Positions 1 to 10,783 of a stretch of 64,000 nt of DNA are shown piece by piece. The first letter of the stretch is position 1, and each line of letters starts with the position of its first letter. The DNA lies in NCBI GenBank assembly GCA_965197905.1, contig CBDAOB010000002.1, forward strand, positions 399,595 to 463,594, in the 5' to 3' direction. The notes under the pieces are model-generated. The model had not been told where the DNA came from. It saw only the letters and a list, made by a program, of their open reading frames with translations, and did not search any database. The stretch comes from Candidatus Latescibacterota bacterium. Its GTDB lineage: Bacteria; Latescibacterota; UBA2968; UBA8231. The position numbers and the translations under genes were made by a program.

Positions 1-237
1 GTCGTAATTTTCCGGGTCGCGATATTCCGTGGCGACTAGGTCAGGTAGGGGTTCTTCGTCGTCCGCCTGGAACATCACAGCGGTCATCTCACTCCACAAT
101 CGCAAGATCGGGAACTGTCGATCGACCAGGTAGATCGCCGACACCAACAGCGCACCCGACCCCACAAGCAGGAACAGACGCATCAAAATCGCGATGATCT
201 GCGAGTCCTGCCTTCCCAGTAGGTGGATACGTATCAT
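1..237 (-). CDS. PilN-like type IV pilus assembly protein, N-terminal part (runs off window)
   Basis: Hand-translated MIRIHLLGRQDSQIIAILMRLFLLVGSGALLVSAIYLV: MIRxxLL start plus TM helix typical of PilN; start overlaps the stop of the upstream PilM-like gene. Confidence 0.6.
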   Translation of the reverse strand, partial: MIRIHLLGRQDSQIIAILMRLFLLVGSGALLVSAIYLVDRQFPILRLWSEMTAVMFQADDEEPLPDLVATEYRDPENYD

Positions 238-1160
238 CAAGGTTCGCTCAAGCCGCGGTGAGCCAATCCGGCAGTAACGGCGAATCTGTGACTGCCTTCT
301 AGGAGCGTCGGGTCGCTACAACGGCAGTTCTCTCTCTCAACCCCGGCGAACGGGTCGAACAAGGTCACAGAAGCAGCAAAGCGTTCGACCAAGCTGGACT
401 TCCAGGTTGCGTCGGAGCCGGAGAGACCCGCCACCCAGAAGTTGGCCGGCAGCTCGGTGTGACCGCTACGCTTAGCCATAGCCTCGACGCGATCACTCAG
501 GATTTCCAGAGGCTCCGCCTCGCCCGGAGCGTCACTCTGCCACGGCCAGATGTCTAGCGCCACCAAATCCCCCTCTAGCAAGAGCAAGGCACTCGCACCG
601 GAGGCGCTAATATCGAGGACCAGCTGAGGTTCATCCTGAATGCTGTCGCTGGATTCGAAGGCGTTGAATAGGGCTAACGGCGCGACATCGAAATCGGGAT
701 CTTTCAACCCCGCTGACTCGCACAGATCCAGATAGATCTCCAACGCTCGCTTGCGCGAGGCAACGGCAATACTGCAATGGCTGGTAAACGCGAAGTCGAC
801 ACCGTACTCCGAAATCTCGTCGCTGAGAAACTGTTCGGTTTCCCATTGGACCTGGGCGCGATCGAGCTTGCCCGTTGCCTCGGGAAGCTGTGGCCACCAC
901 TTGATCCAGTATGCCTGCGGATCGAGGCAGATCAGGATATTCTCGAATCTGATGTCGCATTCTGCTTCCGCCCGCGAAAAAGCCTCTTCCAACTCGACGC
1001 TGGATTCGTCTGACTCCAACCCTTCGGGGGTGTAGGAACCGTTCAGATCGAACTGGGCGAGTCCCAGAAGCTCCGCTCCGCCCTTGTTCGACCCCAGCTC
1101 GACGATTTGAAGTTTACCATCTACAATGTAGATACCCGTGGCACTTCGACGCGCAGACAT
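237..1160 (-). CDS. PilM-like pilus assembly protein (actin-like fold)
   Basis: N-terminal GIYI..LQIVEL, VQWETEQFL, DVAPLALFNAF, LVLDISASG, VAGLSG, FAVTAGLAHRG resemble PilM; upstream of PilN-like gene. Confidence 0.65.
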   Translation of the reverse strand: MSARRSATGIYIVDGKLQIVELGSNKGGAELLGLAQFDLNGSYTPEGLESDESSVELEEAFSRAEAECDIRFENILICLDPQAYWIKWWPQLPEATGKLDRAQVQWETEQFLSDEISEYGVDFAFTSHCSIAVASRKRALEIYLDLCESAGLKDPDFDVAPLALFNAFESSDSIQDEPQLVLDISASGASALLLLEGDLVALDIWPWQSDAPGEAEPLEILSDRVEAMAKRSGHTELPANFWVAGLSGSDATWKSSLVERFAASVTLFDPFAGVERENCRCSDPTLLEGSHRFAVTAGLAHRGLSEP

Positions 1161-1169
1161 CCGTTGGCA

Positions 1170-1538
1170 TTACTCCAGAACAACGTGTGGACGAATCATT
1201 TCCAATGTACGTTTGCCGACACCGCGGATCTTTGCCAGGTCTTCCAAGCTCTTAAACGCGCCGTGCTCGCGACGGTACTTTACAATCCGCAATGCCATTT
1301 TCGGACCGATATTTGGCAACTGTTGCAATTCCCCTTCGGTGCCGCTGTTCAGGCGAATCGGCTGACTCGCTTCAGTCGTTTCCACGACGACCGGGGCCGG
1401 CACCGGTACAGCCTTGTGGATTACCCGAAACTCTTCGAGCGCGGAAGGCTGATAGTAGTCCCAGATCGAAACTGCGCTGCCCACCAGAAACGATCCACAC
1501 AGGAACAGCAGAGCCACTTGCTCAGTTCGGTTAAACAT
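1170..1538 (-). CDS. comEA: ComEA family DNA-binding protein (helix-hairpin-helix)
   Basis: TM anchor plus IRLNSGTEGELQQLPNIGPKMALRIVKYRREHGAFKSLEDLAKIRGVGKRTLE. Confidence 0.9.
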   Translation of the reverse strand: MFNRTEQVALLFLCGSFLVGSAVSIWDYYQPSALEEFRVIHKAVPVPAPVVVETTEASQPIRLNSGTEGELQQLPNIGPKMALRIVKYRREHGAFKSLEDLAKIRGVGKRTLEMIRPHVVLE

Positions 1539-1579
1539 TGAAAATAGATCTGCCTATTGGGAGGGGCAACCGGAGCGGA

Positions 1580-4500
1580 TCAGCGGAAAAACATGGTTCC
1601 CGAAAGTCGGACCTCGCGGACCTTGCGGGCTTTCTCGGTGAGGTTGTTCCGATTGTTCTCGAGGCGAATGATGCCGTCGCCGCGAAAGCTCTCGCTGAAT
1701 TTGTAGGAAGCGGTGAACGATGTTCGCCAGCGGTTGACCGAGTTGATCGGCGCCCGTTCGGCATCTCCGGTGCCGTTTGATCGAATCTCGTTCTCCAGGG
1801 AAACCTCGAATTTCAGATCGACGTTGCTCTTCAGCTTTCCGAAGATCGGCAGGCTTCTCGGTCTCAGATTGTGGGAAAGGCTGAAGGTGGTCGTCGTCTT
1901 CTCCAACTCACCGCTCCCGCGCAGGGGCCGGAGATTGCCCTCTACACTCGCGCTGTCGTCCTCGGCAACCAGCTCGAATTCCAGGTCGGTGCCACTGGCC
2001 ACAACGCGTTCCACCTTAGCTACAGGGCCTATCCTCAGTTTCCCGTTCCACGAGGCTCGGGTCTCTTTTGATTCGCTCTTGGTGATAAGATGGCCCGGTC
2101 GTAGACTGCCTTCACCCTCACTGCTTTCGGTCTGCTGGAACGAGAACGAAAAATTGGCGCTGTTTACGACTTTCTTGATCAGCGGAATGCGGTCCGCCCT
2201 TCCCCAGTTTACATTGAGCTTCGGATAGCGGGTTTCCTGGCGCACGCGGGTTCGTTCCTGTGTACTGCCACTGCGGCGTTCGAGCTTGTCGTTGAAGTCG
2301 GTTTTCACACTGAACCCCATGGGCAACTTGAGTCCCGAGCCCATGTCCATGTTCCGCGTGCGTCCGAACTGGTCTTGTTGCGTGAGCCCCACCGAGGCTT
2401 GAGGCACGTCGAGAGAGTCGTTGAGGCCAAACTGATAGAGCAATCCGGGCCGGTCGACGAGATTGAACGACCTAGAGTTTCTATTCTTTCGCCAGGTCAC
2501 ATTGAACGGTTCGATAAATCCGCCGGCGAAATGTAACGTTCGCCACAGGAAAAACGGCTGGGAGGGTTCCTTTGGCGGTTCCGCTTCTGGCTTTTCACCA
2601 TCGGCCTCAAGTTCTTTGGTTGCTGTCTCTTCCTGCCGTTTCTTCGTCGGTTTCACCGTCGTCCTTTTCTTACCGGCAAAACTCTTGAGCAACATGGGGA
2701 GTTTGAGATTGAACCGCGTGGACAGGCTGTTCTTGGTATCGATGTCCAACGGCTTTACCGGCAAGCCCGATGTGCTGTCGATGAGCACCTGCGCTCGCCG
2801 CTGCGTGGGATCGCTGTTTTCGTTGTAGCTCGCTTCGAACGTATATTGCTGATCCAACCAGCGAATCCACCTGAGGGTTACCTTGACACTGCCCTTCTGT
2901 GTGCGGCCGATCTCCCGACCGAAGCTGAGCTTGTTCAGCTCGTACTTCTTCCGGAGGTCGCGGTTTATCTTAAGGTCGTAGTCACCGCTGATGCCGCTAA
3001 ACGGATTCACCTTTGCCACGTAGGTCTCGTTCACCGCAAAGTGCTCCTGCACCGTCTGTTCGGCGTCGGATCGCTGCTGGGTCTTCTGCTCCTTGCGATT
3101 GGCGACCATAGAGTAGGTTATGTGGGAAGGAAAATATCGCCACTTCAGCTCTCTCCAGGTGCGGGGTGAGCGTTCGGGCAACCAGGTCAAAATGGGCAGC
3201 TGGGGACTCGGAAGTGGCATCTTGTAGCTGAAGTTCATGGTTTGGGCGTCGGTGCGATCCAACGGTCGTGTCGTGGAAGAGCCCTGCTCTTGCAGGTTGG
3301 ACAACCTCACGTTCATCTGATCGATGGTCCAACGAAACACTCGATTTCGTCCCGATCGTTTCGACAGCGAGAGCTCGTAGAAACGTTTGGTGCGGAAGGT
3401 CCTTTGCTCCCTCTGCGTCTTCTTGTCAAGCTCCACATCCGAGTTCGGTCCGAAGCGGGGCAAACTCTGGTTTTCGGAAAAACTCGCCTTGAACGGGATG
3501 GAGAACCCCCACCTTCCCGGCAGAAAACGGTGCAGATTGGTCGTGGCCGACAGGCTCTGATTGAGATCGGTGGTGCTGCGCTGGCGGGAATTGAGGGTGC
3601 GAAAGTCGCCACCGGTCCAGGTAATCTGGCCGTCCAGGTTCATCACGTCGGCGAGCTTGGTGTTGACGCGCGCAAAGGCCGCCCCACCCGGATCGTTGCG
3701 CCCCTCTTCGAGACGGAGCTCGTTGACCAGCACCTCGCCCGTATATATACCTTGACCGCGGTTGCGGATGCCGATGGTCAATTCCTTTATCTGCTGCATG
3801 GAGGGATTGCCGCGGACGCGATAGACGGCCGGCCTGAAGTCGCGCAGTCGCGGCTCGGCGATCACCGTATCCAGAATCGCCAGCTGCTGCCCCAGGGAGT
3901 CGAAGCGTCCCGCCTGCAAGAGCGACTTCACACGGGCGATCTCTAACAGGTCGATATCCACCTCGTTTCCCTTCCAGCCGGCGCGTCCTCCATCCCACCC
4001 AGGCAATATTCGACTGATGAACTCGTAATAGTTGGTGCTGTCGGCTCCAAAACGGATGAACATCTCCAAGTCACTGGAGTCCCCAACGACGTAGGCAGTG
4101 TTGACGTCGTCGCCGTGCACGAACATGCGCATGCGGGTGTACTGGGTGTAGTTGGCGTTACGCGTCAGAATTTTCGTAGCGGAGACTTGATGCTGCGGCT
4201 CGAAGTTATCGTAGTTAAGCCGTAACGACTGTTCCCGCTCGCGAGTTCGCGTCTGCCGGTTGCGACGGATCTTGATACCCGGGGGCGGCTCGTAGTCGAT
4301 GTTCTTGTCGGTACCGACGACACTCACCGCCACCGATTCCTCCGGCCCCACATCGTTCCCCCCCTCCAGAATCAACACCTCATCTTCCTGCCACTCGTTG
4401 CCGATCACCTCGATGAGCGCAATCTCCACCGTGATGGAATCGTCGGTCGCCGCTGTTTCTCCGTTCACCACGATCCGCGCGAACTCGATTCTGCTGGAAT

Positions 4501-7500
4501 CGGGTAGACCCTCCCTGGGCGTGTCGTCGAAAAGTGGAAGCCGGAACAGGCGCCAACCGTTGCTATCCGTGCCGGATACATGGGGATCCGATTCCAGATC
4601 GATCGTGTAGCGGTAGTAGTCGTTTCGCGTGTTCAGTACGCCGTCGTTGTTGAGGTCTTCGCTGTCGGGCCGATCGGCCGCCTCGCGATCGCTCTTGTTT
4701 CCTTCGGTCCCGTTGATGCGGCGGTAGTCGTTCTTGCGGTTGCCGGTAGCATCGTAATGCCAGTTGTCTCCCTGTGGGTCGTCCACATCCCGCTCGCCAT
4801 AGCTTTGCAGGAATTGCTGACGTTTCTGTTCCAGGGTCAGGTCGGTCGTATCGACGCCGACTTCGGCCAGGTAGAAGTTCAACTCTCCCCGATCATCCCG
4901 ACCGTCGATGCCCACGTCCTCGGCTTGAGCAACCAAGCCATCGCCGGTGGTCCGGCCCGGAAAGGGCTCATCTTCGGTATCGACGGCGCCATCCTCGCGA
5001 AAATTGAGGGGATCATCCGTTGTCTGATCGCAACAGAAATCCTCGCTGATTGTACCCAGATCGAGATTGAGGGTGCCACGTTCACCTCGCACCCAGATCT
5101 CCAGGAACTTCGACAGGGAGTAATCGTTGACCGATCCGAGCGAGGTCATCAGACCGCCCCACACCTGCTGTTGATCAGCTCGTGGTTTCAGCCGCATGAC
5201 CAGCACGTCGGTCCGATTGTTCTGATTCTCCACCTGCTCCTCCTGACCCGGCCATATATCCTTGCGCAGGATCCCGTCAAACGGGTTGTACCAGATCAGG
5301 TTGCCACGGGTCTCGTGGGGGAAATCGAGAGCGACCGGTCGGCTGGCGGGAGTCCAGCTCGTGCGGGCGATGCGCAGACTGCTGGGCCGCTGGCTGCCTT
5401 CGAAATCGTCGATGAATCCCTTGCCCTTGGTGTTCAGGTTGGGACGGCTTTGTGCCACTTCCCCTTGCAACTCGATGGTGGAACTGGATGCTGTTTTGAT
5501 CAGCGGAATGGCATCGACAACCCGGGTTAGAAAGGGCGCCGCAAACTTGGCGCGCATGTCTGTGCTCCATACCACGGTGCGCGCCGGTTCGGCTCCCACC
5601 CGCACCCGCCGTTCGCCGCTGCGTTCGTTGTTGTATAGCATGGTGGTTCCCCACTTCCCTTCCCCCCCGAGAAATTCGTACTGCGTCCGCATGCCTATGA
5701 GGGTCTTTTGCTGACTGCCCAGTCCCAATAAATCTTCCGTCTCGTAGGTGATCTCCAGGTCGGCCCCGGGATCGGCCACCTCCTGGGCGGTGGTTCCGAC
5801 GAACGTGATGTCGCCCGCGAAACCCACGTTGTAGTCGGTGCCCTTCTGCTTGCGTTGACCGTTGAGCCGCACTTCCACCGTTTCCGGCCGCACGCCGAGA
5901 CCGAGGCTGATCCGCTGTTGGCCGGAGCTTGAGCGGACCTCGATAATGTAGGCGCTGGCCTCCACCTGATCTCGTTGCTGCTGCCGGGTGTAGATCTCGG
6001 GAATCTTCTCTTCCAGCTCGGAGCTTCCCGGATCTTCCGGGGTTTCCGGATTGAATGGGGTTCGAGCCGGGAAGACCAGGTGTCCGCGGAAGTCGTCGAG
6101 ACCGGCGTAGTCGCGGTCCACGACCCGATCGGGAGCGCTGCCGGGATCCTGACCGCGCTCGTCGAGACCGAAGATCTGCAGATACGATTTGCCACCCTGA
6201 GAGGGTTGGGACTCCTGACCCGCAATCTCCTTCAAAACCTGCACTTCCACAGTGGACGGATCGAACTTGCGACCCGCGGCGAAGCCGGTGGCGATGCGAT
6301 AGACGTTCTTCCACTCCAAATCCCAGGTCGGAAATCCAGGTCGGGCGTCCCGCGCCTTGATCAGCTTGAGTTGCAGGGTGTCTCCGCGGGTATCGCCAAA
6401 CTGTTCAGTCCCTACGTTCGGTCCGCCCCGGGTGCGATAGCTCACCGCCAGCGCATGGCGATCTTGCACCATGCGATTGAGGATTATGAAGCCGGCTCCT
6501 TCCACCACCGAATAGTCGTCGTCGGGGTCGAGGCGATGCCAGGTGCCTTCCTCGAAGCAACCGCTGGCTTCGACGGGCAGTCCATTCGGATTCACGCAGA
6601 CGACCTCGTCGTCGTCGCTAACGTCGCTCGCCGCCACCCTCGCGACACCCGGTCGCGCCAGCAACTCTGGATCGTTGATGGTATTGAAATCGTTGATGTA
6701 GACCTGTAAGCTGCCCGAATCGACAAAGTCCGAACCTGGAATACGGGCGCCGGCCACCAGCTGCCGGTAGTCCGGCAAATTGACCCGATAGAACTCATCC
6801 AGGAAGAAATAGGTGTTGCGCAAGAACTGGTAATCCCGAAGCGAGAGAGTATCCTGGACGGCGCCACCCCGAAAGGTTCGGCGGTTGCTCTTGCTGCTCT
6901 CGTGGCTGGCAATGGTGGTAAAACTGAGAGGCCCTACCGCTCCCTTGGCGCGTATCCCAAAAAGCCCCTTGTTCTGCTGTTGGAAACCGACGAACCTAGA
7001 TCGCGGGAGGGCGAGAGTCGTGTTCCCCGCCTGAATCTCCTGGAAGATCGCGTCCTCGTCGTTCTTGTAGTCCAGCTTGATCTGGTTGGCAATCTGATCG
7101 CGGAGATTCAAGGTGCTGACAGCGCCGCCGGCGCTCTCCGTATCCTGGTCAATGCGAACGTTTATCAGTTCCCCAACCTTGCCTTCGACTGTGAATCGCT
7201 GCTCCTGCTCCATCGTCAGAGCCGGAAAGGTAGAGGGACCACCCGCCGCGGTCTGGACTTCGCCCGCCGTCCACTCACTCTTTCCCGAGATCGATACCTT
7301 CAGCGAGCCGCTCATGCGCAAGCTGGGCCCTTCCTCGCCGATGAAGCGACGCAGGGATTTAGGCGCCGTGAACGGCACGGTCCACTCCAGCCGCCGAGTA
7401 CCCTGTTGCCGGTCGCGCTGCGAGGCAACTCGAAATTTCTGACGAATCTCTCGACGCCATACATCTCGTGCGCCATAACTGTAGATCAGACGCAGGTAGT

Positions 7501-7828
7501 CGTCTTTGCTCATAGCCGCTGCCGCCCCCGTTGGGAATCCGCCCGAAAGCCGGGTGAACGACACGTGACTGGAGTCCACATCGACCTGGTTTGCCAAGAG
7601 GTTCGCCGGCATCCGCATGCGCAGCAACGGGGCGTTTTCTTGCATGAGAGAAACCTCACCTGACTTCTCGAAAAATTTTCCGAGCGGGCCGACCAGAGGG
7701 TCCGGGCTCAACGCCGGAGCGCTCCATGCCGGGTCGAACGCAGTAACCAGCAAACACAGCCCACCAAACAGGCCTATAGACCCGGGCAGACGTGGTTTAC
7801 CTGTCGAATAAGAATGATACCGAAACAT
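1580..7828 (-). CDS. sprA: Cell surface protein SprA (type IX secretion translocon homolog)
   Basis: 2082 aa; NQIKLDYKNDEDAIFQEIQAGNTTLALP, GLFGIRAK, FIDDFEGS, RGNLIWYN, PDSEDLN, GWRLFRLPL, IRFGADSTNYYE, VNELRL are SprA motifs. Confidence 0.88.
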   Translation of the reverse strand: MFRYHSYSTGKPRLPGSIGLFGGLCLLVTAFDPAWSAPALSPDPLVGPLGKFFEKSGEVSLMQENAPLLRMRMPANLLANQVDVDSSHVSFTRLSGGFPTGAAAAMSKDDYLRLIYSYGARDVWRREIRQKFRVASQRDRQQGTRRLEWTVPFTAPKSLRRFIGEEGPSLRMSGSLKVSISGKSEWTAGEVQTAAGGPSTFPALTMEQEQRFTVEGKVGELINVRIDQDTESAGGAVSTLNLRDQIANQIKLDYKNDEDAIFQEIQAGNTTLALPRSRFVGFQQQNKGLFGIRAKGAVGPLSFTTIASHESSKSNRRTFRGGAVQDTLSLRDYQFLRNTYFFLDEFYRVNLPDYRQLVAGARIPGSDFVDSGSLQVYINDFNTINDPELLARPGVARVAASDVSDDDEVVCVNPNGLPVEASGCFEEGTWHRLDPDDDYSVVEGAGFIILNRMVQDRHALAVSYRTRGGPNVGTEQFGDTRGDTLQLKLIKARDARPGFPTWDLEWKNVYRIATGFAAGRKFDPSTVEVQVLKEIAGQESQPSQGGKSYLQIFGLDERGQDPGSAPDRVVDRDYAGLDDFRGHLVFPARTPFNPETPEDPGSSELEEKIPEIYTRQQQRDQVEASAYIIEVRSSSGQQRISLGLGVRPETVEVRLNGQRKQKGTDYNVGFAGDITFVGTTAQEVADPGADLEITYETEDLLGLGSQQKTLIGMRTQYEFLGGEGKWGTTMLYNNERSGERRVRVGAEPARTVVWSTDMRAKFAAPFLTRVVDAIPLIKTASSSTIELQGEVAQSRPNLNTKGKGFIDDFEGSQRPSSLRIARTSWTPASRPVALDFPHETRGNLIWYNPFDGILRKDIWPGQEEQVENQNNRTDVLVMRLKPRADQQQVWGGLMTSLGSVNDYSLSKFLEIWVRGERGTLNLDLGTISEDFCCDQTTDDPLNFREDGAVDTEDEPFPGRTTGDGLVAQAEDVGIDGRDDRGELNFYLAEVGVDTTDLTLEQKRQQFLQSYGERDVDDPQGDNWHYDATGNRKNDYRRINGTEGNKSDREAADRPDSEDLNNDGVLNTRNDYYRYTIDLESDPHVSGTDSNGWRLFRLPLFDDTPREGLPDSSRIEFARIVVNGETAATDDSITVEIALIEVIGNEWQEDEVLILEGGNDVGPEESVAVSVVGTDKNIDYEPPPGIKIRRNRQTRTREREQSLRLNYDNFEPQHQVSATKILTRNANYTQYTRMRMFVHGDDVNTAYVVGDSSDLEMFIRFGADSTNYYEFISRILPGWDGGRAGWKGNEVDIDLLEIARVKSLLQAGRFDSLGQQLAILDTVIAEPRLRDFRPAVYRVRGNPSMQQIKELTIGIRNRGQGIYTGEVLVNELRLEEGRNDPGGAAFARVNTKLADVMNLDGQITWTGGDFRTLNSRQRSTTDLNQSLSATTNLHRFLPGRWGFSIPFKASFSENQSLPRFGPNSDVELDKKTQREQRTFRTKRFYELSLSKRSGRNRVFRWTIDQMNVRLSNLQEQGSSTTRPLDRTDAQTMNFSYKMPLPSPQLPILTWLPERSPRTWRELKWRYFPSHITYSMVANRKEQKTQQRSDAEQTVQEHFAVNETYVAKVNPFSGISGDYDLKINRDLRKKYELNKLSFGREIGRTQKGSVKVTLRWIRWLDQQYTFEASYNENSDPTQRRAQVLIDSTSGLPVKPLDIDTKNSLSTRFNLKLPMLLKSFAGKKRTTVKPTKKRQEETATKELEADGEKPEAEPPKEPSQPFFLWRTLHFAGGFIEPFNVTWRKNRNSRSFNLVDRPGLLYQFGLNDSLDVPQASVGLTQQDQFGRTRNMDMGSGLKLPMGFSVKTDFNDKLERRSGSTQERTRVRQETRYPKLNVNWGRADRIPLIKKVVNSANFSFSFQQTESSEGEGSLRPGHLITKSESKETRASWNGKLRIGPVAKVERVVASGTDLEFELVAEDDSASVEGNLRPLRGSGELEKTTTTFSLSHNLRPRSLPIFGKLKSNVDLKFEVSLENEIRSNGTGDAERAPINSVNRWRTSFTASYKFSESFRGDGIIRLENNRNNLTEKARKVREVRLSGTMFFR

Positions 7829-8144
7829 CTAATCGCGCATGTAATGAGCCCGACCCTTGTCTTTCGCAAATAGAACGGTTTCGGTCGAACCCGACGGCGA
7901 GGACTCTGAAAACACTCCGCGAGAGGGGAGTGTTGCGCCTGTTGGGGGAGCAATCCTCGTAAACGAGCGCCCTGTCAAACAGAGCACTGGACGTTAACTA
8001 TGCGCGATAAGCGTCTCCGGTCGCGGGTAGTTGTGCGTTTCACGTGGAGGGGGTTGGATGCCGATGTGCCCTGCAGGAGATCTGCGTCAGCGCCAGACAA
8101 CTTAATATAAGGCCCCTCGCGATTCAAGGCGTCATCTCGGGTGA

Positions 8145-8160
8145 AGCAAGCCACGTGCCG
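8145..8160 (-). promoter_or_regulatory. Putative sigma-54 promoter (-24/-12) upstream of sprA
   Basis: Minus strand CGGCAC-GTGGC-TTGCT, correct GG-N10-GC spacing. Confidence 0.5.
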
Positions 8161-8359
8161 ACGCCGTTCTGGACCATCCGCTTTTTAGGTGAAGCACCTT
8201 CCACCTATATTTGATCGGCAGCTCTTGCCGCTGCGTTCAGCGTTCAACTCACAACGACTGATCTCCATATCGACGAGGATCCATGGTCATCAGTTCCTGG
8301 CGTGCTGCCACGTTTACTTTACACTCACGTGAACAGACGGTGACGGGAGCCAGAGAATC

Positions 8360-9682
8360 TTGAGCACGCTATCGCGATACCTGCTACGCGAACACCTAGG
8401 CCCCTTCGGTCTCGCCCTCGCTCTGATCATCTTCGTGCTGGTCATCGATGTGGTACTGCAGATGATGGACCAGGTGTTGAGCAAAGGTCTATCGGCGTCG
8501 GTGGCGGTGCAGCTCTTCGTCTACAACCTGGCATGGATTGTCGCGCTGGCCGTGCCGATGGCCGTGTTGGTGGCGGTGATCATGGCCTTCGCCAGGCTCT
8601 CGGCAGACAACGAGATTATGGCCGCAAAGGCGTGCGGCATCGGCTTCTTGCACCTGTTGCGGCCGGTAGCATTGGGCGCCGGCGCGCTGATGGTGATCAT
8701 GATCCTCTTCAACGACTGGGTACTCCCAGATTGGAATCACCGCGCCCGCAACATCACTGCGAGCTTGAAACGCTTGAAAGCCGCGCTCGTTCTCAAAGAG
8801 AAGGAAGGCGTCTTCATACACAAGCTCGGCAACCGCTACAGCTTGCTTATCCGCGAAGTGGACGAAGAGCGCAACGCACTTCGCGGGATCACCGTCTACG
8901 ACGCCGGCAAGAAAGGACCGCCCACTACCTTACACGCGGCGGAGGGCCGGATAGAGATCTTTGGGGATGGCAGTTACGTTCGGTTGACGCTGGACAAGGG
9001 CGAGTACCATACCGTCGATGCGAACAATCCCGAGCGTTTTGTCCGCGGTTCCTTCGAGCGCCAGTCTATCCACATCGAGGATCCTCAGCGAGCTTTCAGC
9101 GATCGCTCATCCTCCTATCGTGGCCAGCGCGAAATGAACATCGCAGCGCTCTATGCGGCGGTGGAAAAGCGAAGGGTCGAGCAAACCCGGGGGCTCAAGC
9201 TGATTGACAGCACGGTGCAACGCTACCACTCCATCACCTCCAGCCCCGAAACCGCGCTGGATGACTCCACGGGGGAGAACGCCTCGCGGGAAAGTCAGAC
9301 CCTGACCAAACAGCTGCAGCAACAGCGGCGCCTTGCCCATAGCCGGGCGAAGCAGATCGACGAATTCATGGTGGAGATCCACAAGAAGTTCTCCATCCCT
9401 GCCGCCTGCGTGGTGTTCGTATTGGTCGGCGCGCCGTTGGGTGTTTTCATTCGGCAGCGGGGCGCCACCGTTTCAGTTGGCGTGAGTCTGGTTTTCTTCC
9501 TCGTCTACTGGATGTTCCTTATCGGCGGAGAGGAACTGGCCGACCGCGGGTTCATCCCCCCGGCGGTCGCCATGTGGGCACCAAATGTAGTGTTCGGCCT
9601 CGTGGGTCTGTTCCTCGTGCGGGCAGCGACCCTGGATCTTTCGGTATGGCAATGGCGGCACGCGCGGAGCTCAGAATCATGA
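8360..9682 (+). CDS. lptF: LPS export permease LptF
   Basis: RYLLREHLGPF, LAVPMAVLVAVIMAFARLSADNEIMAAKACG, VEIHKKFSIPAAC. Confidence 0.88.
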   Translation: MSTLSRYLLREHLGPFGLALALIIFVLVIDVVLQMMDQVLSKGLSASVAVQLFVYNLAWIVALAVPMAVLVAVIMAFARLSADNEIMAAKACGIGFLHLLRPVALGAGALMVIMILFNDWVLPDWNHRARNITASLKRLKAALVLKEKEGVFIHKLGNRYSLLIREVDEERNALRGITVYDAGKKGPPTTLHAAEGRIEIFGDGSYVRLTLDKGEYHTVDANNPERFVRGSFERQSIHIEDPQRAFSDRSSSYRGQREMNIAALYAAVEKRRVEQTRGLKLIDSTVQRYHSITSSPETALDDSTGENASRESQTLTKQLQQQRRLAHSRAKQIDEFMVEIHKKFSIPAACVVFVLVGAPLGVFIRQRGATVSVGVSLVFFLVYWMFLIGGEELADRGFIPPAVAMWAPNVVFGLVGLFLVRAATLDLSVWQWRHARSSES

Positions 9683-10749
9683 GACTGCTGGACAAGTACC
9701 TTCTGAGCCGGTTCATCGCCGCGTTGACGCTGAGCGTTGTCAGTCTCCTGCTTATCGCAATCGTCGTCGACCTGACCGAGAATATCGACACGTTTATCGA
9801 TCACCATGCCGCCGTCACCCAAATCCTGTTCTACTATCTCTATCACACTCCGTACTGGATTATTCTAACCCTTCCCATTGCCGCTTTGATGGGAGCCTTG
9901 TTCTCACTCAACGGACTCGCTCGGCGCAACGAGATCACCGCTATGAAAGCGGCGGGCATCAGTCTCTATCGCGTCCTGGCGCCGGTACTCGTCTTCGCCG
10001 CCGTCTTCAGCGGCCTGGCTTTTCTATTCGCCGACCGGGTGCTGCCCCCAGCCACCTTCCGCTACAACACCATTCGCGACGAGATGCGTTCCTACAGTCG
10101 CTCCGATGGCTCGCGTCGCCAGGTCCTGCTGCAGGATGTGGACGGTCAATATATCTTCACCCGCTCTTACGACGCACGCCGACGCAAAGCCCACGAGATC
10201 CTGTGGGAGCGTCAACGGGACTCCCGCATCGCCGAGCGGGTCGTAGCAAACCGGTTGGAATGGCGAGATGGAGGATGGATGGTGTTTGAAGGCCGGCACT
10301 ACCGTTTCGGAGCGGAGGAAATCGCCACCAGTGCCTTCGACACGCTGAAACTGGAGCGGCTAACCCTCCAACCGTCCGATCTCGAGCGCCAGCAGAAGAA
10401 ACCGGAAGAGATGAATTTCGCCGAGCTGCAGAGTTACATATCCCGCGCACGCGCCAACGGCGAGGACGTAACCCGGCAGCTGGTCGATCTCCACCTGAAG
10501 ATCTCCTTTCCGGTCACCTGCTTCATCGTCGTGTTGTTAGGGGCGCCTCTGGGCGCCAATACGAGACGGGCCGGTTGGGCCAATAGCTTCGGTGTCGGCA
10601 TCCTCGTCTGTTTCGCGTTTTACAGCTGCGTCAAGATGGGCCAGGCGCTGGGATGGAATCAGATTCTGCCGCCGATGTTGGGTTCCTGGCTGGCCAATAT
10701 CGTTTTTGGCCTGTTCAGTGCCATTCTCTTGTGGAGGGCCCACAAGTGA
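9679..10749 (+). CDS. lptG: LPS export permease LptG
   Basis: Likely start MRLLDKYLL overlapping the lptF stop (ATGA); RRNEITAMKAAGISL, PEEMNFAEL, DLHLKISFP. Confidence 0.88.
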   Translation: MRLLDKYLLSRFIAALTLSVVSLLLIAIVVDLTENIDTFIDHHAAVTQILFYYLYHTPYWIILTLPIAALMGALFSLNGLARRNEITAMKAAGISLYRVLAPVLVFAAVFSGLAFLFADRVLPPATFRYNTIRDEMRSYSRSDGSRRQVLLQDVDGQYIFTRSYDARRRKAHEILWERQRDSRIAERVVANRLEWRDGGWMVFEGRHYRFGAEEIATSAFDTLKLERLTLQPSDLERQQKKPEEMNFAELQSYISRARANGEDVTRQLVDLHLKISFPVTCFIVVLLGAPLGANTRRAGWANSFGVGILVCFAFYSCVKMGQALGWNQILPPMLGSWLANIVFGLFSAILLWRAHK

Positions 10750-10783
10750 CGACGGCCCCACGGTCGGGCTTGCTGGATTATTT

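Noticed and set aside
1580..7828. Many long alternative-frame and antisense ORFs inside sprA, and likewise in lon and glnD
   Set aside because: Shadow ORFs expected at high GC; no recognisable motifs
7911..7934. Hairpin AACACTCC/GGAGTGTT in the long sprA leader as a riboswitch
   Set aside because: A single stem with no recognisable aptamer consensus
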